Positions 26,006 through 32,843 of a DNA stretch of 32,843 bases are shown piece after piece. A model generated the notes under the pieces. The model saw only the letters and a program-made list of their open reading frames with translations. It was not told the origin of the DNA and made no database searches. Both the position numbers and the translations under genes were made by a program. Numbering within the stretch: the first letter of the stretch is position 1; the number at the start of each line of letters is the position of its first letter. Source of the DNA: a virus (Duplodnaviria; Caudoviricetes); IMG/VR virus record IMGVR_UViG_3300020374_000015, positions 1 to 32,843 of that record; one strand, 5' to 3'.

Positions 26006-26022
26006 TTGCGACATTTTGTCAA

Positions 26023-26051
26023 TTGACAAAGGCACTATTATATGATAGTAT
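26023..26051 (+). promoter_or_regulatory. sigma70-type promoter
   Basis: TTGACA-17 bp-TAGTAT with TG extension. Confidence 0.65.
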
Positions 26052-26071
26052 AATAGTATAAGGAAAACACT

Positions 26072-26566
26072 ATGACTAAACCTATCATATATTGCGATAT
26101 GGATGGAGTACTTGCAGACTTTAAAACAGGTGCTCAAAGAACCACAGGTATGTCAATCAACAAGTGGATGAATATACCATCATCTAAAGAAAAATGGGGA
26201 TTGATCAAGGCAAAGAAAAACTTTTGGAGTACTCTTCCTTGGATGCCTGGTGGCAAACAGTTATGGTCTTATATATCTAAACTTGACCCACATATATTAT
26301 CAGCATACGTAGAAGAATCATTTGATCCTAATTGTATTCCTGGTAAAACTGAATGGTTAAGACGAAACGCAGGTATATCAAATCGTTCAAAGATTAACCT
26401 TGTAAGAAGAAAAGAGAAGAAACTCTTTGCTAAAAAAGGTAGTCCTTCTATTCTGATTGATGATTATGAGAAAAACGTAAGAGAGTTTATCAATGCAGGT
26501 GGTAAGGCAATACATCACACAAACACATCAAAAACTATATCTGAACTTAAAAAGTTAGGCTTCTAA
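26072..26566 (+). CDS. HAD-family 5'(3')-deoxyribonucleotidase-like phosphatase
   Basis: IYCDMDGVLADF (motif I), ILS, K.EWL, ILIDD (motif IV). Confidence 0.85.
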   Translation: MTKPIIYCDMDGVLADFKTGAQRTTGMSINKWMNIPSSKEKWGLIKAKKNFWSTLPWMPGGKQLWSYISKLDPHILSAYVEESFDPNCIPGKTEWLRRNAGISNRSKINLVRRKEKKLFAKKGSPSILIDDYEKNVREFINAGGKAIHHTNTSKTISELKKLGF

Positions 26567-26569
26567 TCT

Positions 26570-26577
26570 TATAAATA
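26570..26577 (+). promoter_or_regulatory. T4-type late promoter
   Basis: TATAAATA upstream of structural-type genes. Confidence 0.75.
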
Positions 26578-26634
26578 GTACTAGTTATATAACAATAATT
26601 AATTAATTATTTAAAAGAATAGGGAGAAACAAAT

Positions 26635-27258
26635 ATGAGCTCATGGGGAAAAGCACACGCTAGTGCTAGTAACAAGCCAAAATTTGCACCTGTTGATGAA
26701 AACGCACCTGACAATAGAGGCGACATTTACGCAACTAATCAAGGTTGGGTAAGAGCTGCTGGAACCAAGGGTTCAGGTAATGACAACGTAAATGCTCAAC
26801 CAGAAGTTTTGGTTGCAATCGGTGGTCTTGCAGGTACTTCAGCAACAACAGGATTAAGAACACCAACTATTACGAGAACAAGATTCGTAGTTGGTACTAC
26901 AGCGAATACTGACTTTACAGCGAATGACGCTAACGCACAAATTGATGTAGAGATTACATTTGACGAAGCAGTTACAGTAACAGGTTCGCCACAATTGACG
27001 GTCACTAATAATGACGGTTCAGGTGGTGGATATGGTAACTTAACACTTGCTTACATATCAGGTGAATCAACAGCTAACCAGTTAAGATTTAGAAAAACAT
27101 CTGGTGGTATTGGTAATACAGACGTTTTAACTGTATCAACATTAGCACTTAACGGTGGTACTATCAAAGATACAGCGGCAGCAGCAGCAGGTAATACAGT
27201 TGCAGCTACACTAACTTATGCTAGTGGTGTCGCAGTTTCTAAAACTGTAACAAGTTAA
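26635..27258 (+). CDS. putative virion structural protein (beta-rich, Ig-like C-terminus)
   Basis: MSSWG start, G/T/A/N-rich composition, TFDEAVTVTGSP.L, LNGGTIKD; follows late promoter. Confidence 0.6.
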   Translation: MSSWGKAHASASNKPKFAPVDENAPDNRGDIYATNQGWVRAAGTKGSGNDNVNAQPEVLVAIGGLAGTSATTGLRTPTITRTRFVVGTTANTDFTANDANAQIDVEITFDEAVTVTGSPQLTVTNNDGSGGGYGNLTLAYISGESTANQLRFRKTSGGIGNTDVLTVSTLALNGGTIKDTAAAAAGNTVAATLTYASGVAVSKTVTS

Positions 27259-27269
27259 TAATTTAAATG

Positions 27270-27296
27270 TATAAGGGCGCTCAAAGTGCCCTTATA
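27270..27296 (+). terminator. stem-loop (terminator or processing/stabilising hairpin)
   Basis: TATAAGGGCGC-TCAAA-GTGCCCTTATA; no long U tail. Confidence 0.5.
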
Positions 27297-27369
27297 TATA
27301 CTATATGAACAAAGTGATCTAGGCAAATACCTAGAGTAGCATTCCCGAAAGGGTTAATAGGAGATAAAA

Positions 27370-27828
27370 ATGGCAGACAAAAAAATAACGGCATTGACCG
27401 ATTTAGGTGACTCGTTGGCTTCAGCTGACTTGTTTCACGTAGTGGATGACCCAAGTGGTACTCCAATCAACAAAAAAATATCAGCAGAAAATGTGTTTAA
27501 TAACATACCTAGTTTTTTAGGTTTAGCACAAGCTTCACAAGCAATTACTGCTGACGCTTCATCACAGGTTGCAAACGTAACATCAGCTGTGACTGAAATA
27601 AACGCAACATCAGCAACTGGTGCTATATCATTAGCAGATGGTGCTGAAGGACAAATCAAAACATTTATCAATGTATCAACATCAGGTACAAACAACGTAG
27701 TAATTACACCAACTAACTTACGTGGTGGTACTACTATTACTTTGAATGCTGAAGGTGAAACGGTAACATGTTTATTTAAAAATGCAAAATGGAATGTAAT
27801 CGCAGGTAACGGTTACGCTGTTGCATAA
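27370..27828 (+). CDS. putative virion structural/fibre-type protein
   Basis: MADKKITALTDL N-terminal motif typical of phage fibre/decoration proteins; LADG.EGQIK; AGGAG RBS. Confidence 0.6.
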   Translation: MADKKITALTDLGDSLASADLFHVVDDPSGTPINKKISAENVFNNIPSFLGLAQASQAITADASSQVANVTSAVTEINATSATGAISLADGAEGQIKTFINVSTSGTNNVVITPTNLRGGTTITLNAEGETVTCLFKNAKWNVIAGNGYAVA

Positions 27829-27847
27829 TATATTATAAGGAAATATT

Positions 27848-28108
27848 ATGGGAATTAGTATAAAACAATTAGAAGAAGAAAGAGTTGTGTTAGCAAAAAC
27901 TTTTGACGATTTAAATATAAAAATTAAACAAGTTGAGGGTGAAACACAAAAAATGAGAAATAATTTGAATGCTGTACATGGTGCATTACAACAAATGGAC
28001 AAACTAATAAAAATGGAGAGGGTTCATGCAGTTGATGGTCCAGGTAAAGCCAGTTTAGAAATTGAAGAAAAAGAAGAAGCTAAACTGTTAAACGAGGGTG
28101 ATAAATGA
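27848..28108 (+). CDS. hypothetical coiled-coil protein
   Basis: Heptad pattern, LNAVHGALQ; AAGGA RBS. Confidence 0.65.
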   Translation: MGISIKQLEEERVVLAKTFDDLNIKIKQVEGETQKMRNNLNAVHGALQQMDKLIKMERVHAVDGPGKASLEIEEKEEAKLLNEGDK

Positions 28109-28278
28109 AAGAAGATAGGGATAGTTTTATAGAGGATCTTGCTGACAATACGCCAAACGAAGGTCAGTTTGATAAATTTATGGAAGCGGAAGTACATGAC
28201 GCTGAAGAAGACCTGTTGGCAGGCAAAACTTTTAAGAAATTAAAAGACGAAGTAAAAAAAGGAGATAAAAATGTCTGA
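28105..28278 (+). CDS. small acidic hypothetical protein (57 aa, absent from ORF track)
   Basis: GAGGG RBS, ATGA overlap; MKEDRDSFIEDLADN...KTFKKLKDEVKKGDKNV. Confidence 0.6.
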   Translation: MKEDRDSFIEDLADNTPNEGQFDKFMEAEVHDAEEDLLAGKTFKKLKDEVKKGDKNV

Positions 28279-28429
28279 TGAAGTAATTAGATATGGTGCT
28301 GGTGGCGTTCCTTACGTAAAGAAAAGTCCTGCGCCTAAAAAAGAAGAAGTTAAAGAAGAAGTAATATCTGAAATTTTAACAAAGAATCCTAACAAAGAGG
28401 ATAAAGAGGAAACAAATGAAAACGTTTAA
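28271..28429 (+). CDS. small hypothetical protein (52 aa, absent from ORF track)
   Basis: AGGAG RBS; MSDEVIRYGAGGVPYVKK... Confidence 0.55.
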   Translation: MSDEVIRYGAGGVPYVKKSPAPKKEEVKEEVISEILTKNPNKEDKEETNENV

Positions 28430-28847
28430 ACAACACATAAAAGAAGGCGGTTCATATGGCGTTGGCACACCACACCAAACTTCAGTAGAAGATGGATCAA
28501 TGGGTGCTCACAATATACATGAACCTGCAATCTTACAAAGAGTGAACGCTTTTGTTGGATCTATTGCTGATAAAGAGTATATACAGCCTGAGGCTGCTCT
28601 ATCTCAATTAGAAACTAGATTAAGAACAATTGGTGTTCAGTTAAAAGACTCAATAACAATTAATGATAAAAAAGGAACTTTTGAAAGCGGATTAAGTTTT
28701 AATGGTGGTCGTTTCGGTAAAGATACTGACGGTAGTGATATAAATGATGATGGTATAACACATAAAGTTGGTAAAGAGTTAAAACTAAAAGGTAGATACG
28801 AAACATTAGAGAACGGCGCTGTAAAAGTTTATGCAGAGCTTGGCTAA
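28416..28847 (+). CDS. hypothetical protein with capsid-targeting-like N-terminus
   Basis: MKTFKQHIKEG start; GAGG RBS; GGRFGKD. Confidence 0.65.
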   Translation: MKTFKQHIKEGGSYGVGTPHQTSVEDGSMGAHNIHEPAILQRVNAFVGSIADKEYIQPEAALSQLETRLRTIGVQLKDSITINDKKGTFESGLSFNGGRFGKDTDGSDINDDGITHKVGKELKLKGRYETLENGAVKVYAELG

Positions 28848-29209
28848 TGTTTGATAAGATAACAAAGAAGAATTGGTTATTTTACGCTATAAAAAACTAC
28901 AATGTTCCTAATTTAGATAGTGAACAGGAGTTTTATGAAGATGTGAAAAGATTTAAGTATCTTAAACGTCTATTTCGTAAATACAAAACAACAGGTGAAT
29001 TAAAAACTAGATTAGTTTTAAATCATATAATTGTTTTAACAAATGTATTTGGTAATGAGGCAGCTGCGACTTTGTTATTGTTTAAGATTGAAAGAGAATA
29101 CTGGTCTGTATTAAAGACTTTCTTACAATACTTAAACATAATAAAAGAAGAAGAATTGCCAAACGTGAAGATTAACAAAACTTTGTTATCAAGTTTGGAG
29201 AAATTATAA
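28847..29209 (+). CDS. conserved T4-like phage hypothetical protein
   Basis: EFYEDVKRFKYLKRLF..Y...GEL..RLVLNHII.L.NVFG pattern of marine T4-like late regions. Confidence 0.7.
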   Translation: MFDKITKKNWLFYAIKNYNVPNLDSEQEFYEDVKRFKYLKRLFRKYKTTGELKTRLVLNHIIVLTNVFGNEAAATLLLFKIEREYWSVLKTFLQYLNIIKEEELPNVKINKTLLSSLEKL

Positions 29210-29796
29210 TGGGAAGAGCAATAGATTTATTAATAACGTATAGGGTAATTAAGATGTTAGTTACACCTTTTGAAAAGCAACCTGCTTATGCGTTAGGTAT
29301 TATTGATAAGAATGGTAAAGTATTGAGAAAAGCAAAGACGTTAAAGACTGCTAAAGAAAAAGAAGCATACACTTTGTTACATAGATTTGTTTTTAATTTA
29401 AAAAGACTTATTAATGTTGTACCAGGTGGTAAAACTAAACTAGGAACATATGCTGCTGCTTTAGGTTTGTTATTGAAAGAGGGAAAAGATTTAAACATGG
29501 TTGAGTTAGAAAAAGATTTATATAAACATCTTTCAGAAAATGACTTAATCAAATTAGACGATATAAATGAAACTATTGGGTTTGATTTCTTACAAGAAGG
29601 TAAGTATATTGTAACAGATCAGTTAGAAGATTTAAATGGTAATGTTACTGCTGAAGTAGGTGATGTTGTATATACAACTGAAAATCAAAAACCTTTTGAT
29701 AATTATTTTGGTGTAAATTTATATCATGTTATCAACGAAGATACAAAAAAACAAGTTATGGTATCAGAGGATAATATAGAGAGGATAAGACTATGA
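29209..29796 (+). CDS. conserved T4-like phage hypothetical protein
   Basis: D...TYR..K.L.TPF....AY.LGIID..G, YT.LHR.VFNLKR pattern. Confidence 0.7.
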   Translation: MGRAIDLLITYRVIKMLVTPFEKQPAYALGIIDKNGKVLRKAKTLKTAKEKEAYTLLHRFVFNLKRLINVVPGGKTKLGTYAAALGLLLKEGKDLNMVELEKDLYKHLSENDLIKLDDINETIGFDFLQEGKYIVTDQLEDLNGNVTAEVGDVVYTTENQKPFDNYFGVNLYHVINEDTKKQVMVSEDNIERIRL

Positions 29797-30434
29797 TAAG
29801 TTTTAAACAATTAAGAGAAAAATGCTGGGCAGGATACCATGCTGTTGGTATGAAAAAGAAAAACGGCAAGATGGTTCCTAATTGTGTGCCTAAATCAGAA
29901 AGTGTATCTTCAGATGACGATTACAGAGCAAAGAAGAAAGCACTACAAGATATTCAAAATGATCCTAAACAGATGGCTGTAGTAGGTAGAGATAAACTTC
30001 TACAAAGAAAAGATAAGTTAGATAAAGAATACCAAGATTTTAAAAACAAAGATAAACTAGCAGCTTCTGTAAAAGAAGACGCACCTGCAAATGCAGTAGG
30101 TGATGGTTCAGCAGTGGCAATGCCACCTGCACATGAACCAGGAGTACATGTAAAGAAAAAGAAAAAAAATGTTTTAGGTTTATTAAAAAGAGAAGATTAC
30201 GATAGAGTAGAATTAGAAAACGTTATAAACAAGATTTCTTCAAACCAAGACATAGAAGAAAAGCAAATTAAACCTATCGTAAACAATATCAAAATGAAAA
30301 AAGATAAAGGCACTTATACTGAAGAATTTGGCATGAGAGCATTTAGATATGTTGTAGATACTGAAATTACAGAAACAGTATCGGAAGAATACAGAAATAA
30401 AATTGCCTCATCTTTATTGGCAAAATATGAGTAA
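29793..30434 (+). CDS. hypothetical protein with capsid-targeting-like N-terminus and CW.GY...VPNCV module
   Basis: MISFKQLREK-CWAGYHAVGMKKKNGKMVPNCVP; internal VKE-DAPANA. Confidence 0.65.
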   Translation: MISFKQLREKCWAGYHAVGMKKKNGKMVPNCVPKSESVSSDDDYRAKKKALQDIQNDPKQMAVVGRDKLLQRKDKLDKEYQDFKNKDKLAASVKEDAPANAVGDGSAVAMPPAHEPGVHVKKKKKNVLGLLKREDYDRVELENVINKISSNQDIEEKQIKPIVNNIKMKKDKGTYTEEFGMRAFRYVVDTEITETVSEEYRNKIASSLLAKYE

Positions 30435-30939
30435 ATCTTTTAAAGAATTAAGAGAATATGTAAGAGGGTTTGGTACGTATCCTGGCGATACAATGAAACC
30501 TATGGCGTCACTAGGTGGTGCTCAGTTTTTTCCTAATAGAAGATATGCAACAACAATGCCTGCAATGTCAGCTGCTTATAAAGGTGCAGGTCATGGTACA
30601 ATTAAACCTATGGTTACTGCTGACACTAAAAGAATACCTAGAAAACCAGGTCAGAAAGCAAAGTCAGATAAACATAGTGACTTATATACAGATGAAGACC
30701 CTAAAGGTACAATACATGGTCTAGGTTTTACAGATAAGAAGAAAGCGAAACAATCAGTAAGTAAGATAAGAGGATCAAGTAGAACTCATGCTCATAAAAT
30801 GCAGGCTGCAATCGCAATGTCACAAAGAGCTAAAGTTGCAAGTCAAAGAGCAAAAGATCCTGAAAAGAAAAAAGACTTGGGACAGGCACATAACGTCTAT
30901 CAAAAGTATATAAACAAAAATAAAAAGAGCAAGGACTAA
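30427..30939 (+). CDS. basic hypothetical protein with capsid-targeting-like N-terminus (start reassigned from 30403)
   Basis: MSKSFKELREY; RIPRK.GQ...SDKHSDLYTDEDPKGTIHGLGF. Confidence 0.65.
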   Translation: MSKSFKELREYVRGFGTYPGDTMKPMASLGGAQFFPNRRYATTMPAMSAAYKGAGHGTIKPMVTADTKRIPRKPGQKAKSDKHSDLYTDEDPKGTIHGLGFTDKKKAKQSVSKIRGSSRTHAHKMQAAIAMSQRAKVASQRAKDPEKKKDLGQAHNVYQKYINKNKKSKD

Positions 30940-30940
30940 T

Positions 30941-31522
30941 ATGGAACTATTAATCGGATTAGCAATGAAATTTTGGCAATGGTCAATCTTAATTGCTGTA
31001 GTAATTATATCATTTTTAATTAATTTATTAGATAAGAAAAAATCAAGTAATTTAAAATTTAGTTATACAGAAATGCCAGAACTAAAACCTATTGCAATCA
31101 AAACAAAAGGTAAAGGGTTTTGGAAAGGTATAGTAATGTGGTTACTTTCAACTAGAAATTGGGAGATAACAAAAGACTGGCACTATAACATCAATGGTGT
31201 TGAGTATGTAATACCAGCAGGTTTTACATTTGATGGTGCAAGTATACCTAAATTTTTAAGAACCTTTTTCTCACCAGTTGGTGTATTACTGATTGGTGGT
31301 CTTGTACATGATTATATGTACAAGTACGCTGCTTGTAAGCCAAGCACGGAAGGCGCACCTTTAATGTTAGTAAATCAAAAAGATTCAGATAGAATTTTTA
31401 GAGATATTAATATTGAAGTAAATGGTTTCTATTCAATGAACTATCTAGCATACTGGTCATTAAGATTAGGTGGCTGGGTTGCATGGAATGGTCATAGAAA
31501 AAGAAACGTTAAGATCAAATAA
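30941..31522 (+). CDS. DUF1353-family protein with N-terminal transmembrane helix
   Basis: IPAGF.FDGASIP, LVHDYMY, D.IFR motifs. Confidence 0.75.
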   Translation: MELLIGLAMKFWQWSILIAVVIISFLINLLDKKKSSNLKFSYTEMPELKPIAIKTKGKGFWKGIVMWLLSTRNWEITKDWHYNINGVEYVIPAGFTFDGASIPKFLRTFFSPVGVLLIGGLVHDYMYKYAACKPSTEGAPLMLVNQKDSDRIFRDINIEVNGFYSMNYLAYWSLRLGGWVAWNGHRKRNVKIK

Positions 31523-31542
31523 CATATAAGGAGTAAACTAAT

Positions 31543-31701
31543 ATGGAATGGTTAAAACATAGAGTAAAAGAAGTATCATCATGGCATGGTGGTGCTTTAA
31601 TCGCAATAGGCTGCATTATATTATTCGCAGGACCTTTTGCTAAAATGGCTGCATGGGCTTCAATCGCATGGGGACTATGGGCAATTTGGAAGAAAGACTA
31701 A
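31543..31701 (+). CDS. small two-helix membrane protein, holin candidate (52 aa, absent from ORF track)
   Basis: AAGGAG RBS; MEWLKHRVKEVSSWHGGALIAIGCIILFAGPFAKMAAWASIAWGLWAIWKKD; immediately before spanins. Confidence 0.6.
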   Translation: MEWLKHRVKEVSSWHGGALIAIGCIILFAGPFAKMAAWASIAWGLWAIWKKD

Positions 31702-31708
31702 TTTAACT

Positions 31709-32173
31709 ATGGGATTTAGATTATTTTTTATTGGCATATTCATCAGCGCCCTACTAGGCGCTGGTGGATACATCTTTAAGTTACAGAAAGATAACACTAT
31801 ACTTAAAGCAAATGCTATCAAAATGGAATCAGCAATTGCTGATCAAAAGAGTTTAATTGAAAATCAAAAGAAAGATTTTCAGGAGATACTAGACGCTAAC
31901 AATAAGATGAACGAGTTAGTTGGTCTACTAAAAAAAGACCTAGAAGATTTAGATAAAAGATTTAACAAGAAGAATAGAGATGTTGGTAAGTTAGCCATAC
32001 AGAAAACAGAGTCTATTGAAAGAATAACTAACGGTGCGTCAGCACTTGCTACAAGATGTATTGAGATCGCAAGTGGATCACCTCTAACAGAAAAAGAAAA
32101 GAATGCTACAAAGAAGTCTGAAATTAATAGTGAGTGTCCTAGTATCGCTAATCCTTCTTACATCCCTTACTAG
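31709..32173 (+). CDS. i-spanin (Rz-like) (start reassigned from 31637)
   Basis: N-terminal TM helix MGFRLFFIGIFISALLGAGGY, long coiled coil, two C-terminal Cys; 3' end overlaps a lipoprotein gene. Confidence 0.7.
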   Translation: MGFRLFFIGIFISALLGAGGYIFKLQKDNTILKANAIKMESAIADQKSLIENQKKDFQEILDANNKMNELVGLLKKDLEDLDKRFNKKNRDVGKLAIQKTESIERITNGASALATRCIEIASGSPLTEKEKNATKKSEINSECPSIANPSYIPY

Positions 32174-32489
32174 TTGTTCGGGTGTAAAACAATTAGAGAT
32201 ATTTAAGAAAGAAGTTCCTAGAGAAAAACTCAATCTGAACAAGCCCACACCACTTGAATTAGAGAATTTAAGATGGATTATTATTACTAGTAATAACGCT
32301 GAGGAAGTGTTTAAAAAACTAGAAGAACAAGGCATTGATCCTGTACTATGGGGTCTTACAGACAAAGATTTTGAACTTCTGGCAAAGAATTTTGCACAAA
32401 TTAGGAATCAATTGAAGATTACAAATGATTTACTAGATAAATATAAAGAGTATTACGAAAGTGATTTAGAGGACAAAAATGAAAAATAG
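32103..32489 (+). CDS. o-spanin (Rz1-like lipoprotein)
   Basis: Signal peptide with lipobox LTS-C; Pro-containing segment; overlaps the i-spanin end in another frame. Confidence 0.75.
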   Translation: MLQRSLKLIVSVLVSLILLTSLTSCSGVKQLEIFKKEVPREKLNLNKPTPLELENLRWIIITSNNAEEVFKKLEEQGIDPVLWGLTDKDFELLAKNFAQIRNQLKITNDLLDKYKEYYESDLEDKNEK

Positions 32490-32843
32490 ACTTGATATAT
32501 CAGATCAAACGGCTGTGTCCATGCCAATGAAAAATTTGATTGCCATTATTTCAGCAGTCGCTGTTGGTGTGTGGGCATACTTCGGTGTGTTAGAGCGTAT
32601 CACAATGCTTGAAACTAAAAGTACACTTGCAGAAAAAGATTTAATGCAGGCAGTTGAAACAATATCTGCTGATTTAGAAAAAAATACAGAATTTAGAATT
32701 AAGTGGCCTCGTGGAGAAATGGGATCACTACCTGCTGACTCGGAGCAATTTATGTTGATTGAGCACATTGCAGGCCAAGTGGAAGCCATACAAAAACAAA
32801 TGGAAAATATGATGAACAATGGGGTCAACATCAAAAGATTACA
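32479..32843 (+). CDS. membrane-anchored coiled-coil protein (3'-truncated by the window edge)
   Basis: GAGG RBS; MKNRLDISDQTAVSMPMKNLIAIISAVAVGVWAYFG...; open to the end of the window. Confidence 0.65.
   Translation, partial: MKNRLDISDQTAVSMPMKNLIAIISAVAVGVWAYFGVLERITMLETKSTLAEKDLMQAVETISADLEKNTEFRIKWPRGEMGSLPADSEQFMLIEHIAGQVEAIQKQMENMMNNGVNIKRL

Noticed and set aside
30403-30426. TTG start for the 178-aa ORF
   Set aside because: ATG at 30427 gives an 8-nt overlap with the upstream gene and the MSKSFKELRE leader
30515-30724. 69-aa + strand ORF nested in the 30427 gene
   Set aside because: Alternative frame within a better supported gene; no motif
31637-31708. Extended N-terminus of the i-spanin ORF
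   Set aside because: Overlaps the 31543-31701 membrane-protein gene; the TM helix starts at ATG 31709
1602-32834. All minus-strand ORFs in the track
   Set aside because: They are shadows of + strand genes or regulatory gaps, have S/L/F-biased composition, and lack RBS and motifs
1-32843. CRISPR array, IS element, integrase, reverse transcriptase or alternative genetic code
   Set aside because: No regularly spaced repeats or such motifs seen by eye; core genes are full length in the standard code and TAA, TAG and TGA all act as stops

Overview
AT-rich segment of a T4-like (myovirus-type) phage genome with every credible gene on the + strand. Gene content (CobT/CobS pair, bS21, Hsp20, peroxiredoxin, 2OG-Fe(II) oxygenase) resembles marine T4-like phages such as those of SAR11; the host is inferred, not shown. 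The left half (1-17 kb) is the replication module (gp45, gp44, tRNA-Thr, gp62, regA, gp43, uvsX, gp40-like, gp41), interleaved with two methyltransferases, a split radical-SAM/SPASM pair and a DUF59 Fe-S protein. The right half (17-33 kb) is a late region ending in a lysis cassette (holin candidate, i-/o-spanin). The most striking signal is an operon at 18.3-24.3 kb of nucleotide/RNA-end enzymes: a ligase-fold KxDG protein, adenylate kinase, a Pnk/zeta-like kinase and an 1141-aa PAP2-phosphatase/Pol-beta-NTase/HIGH-NTase multidomain protein. Most of these begin with a T4 internal-protein-like capsid targeting sequence (MxxFxxx[I/L]xE), and prohead-protease-type [I/L]xE sites fall at the domain borders of the large protein. 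This suggests a capsid-packaged, protease-matured enzyme kit injected with the genome. All calls come from reading motifs; no searches were run.
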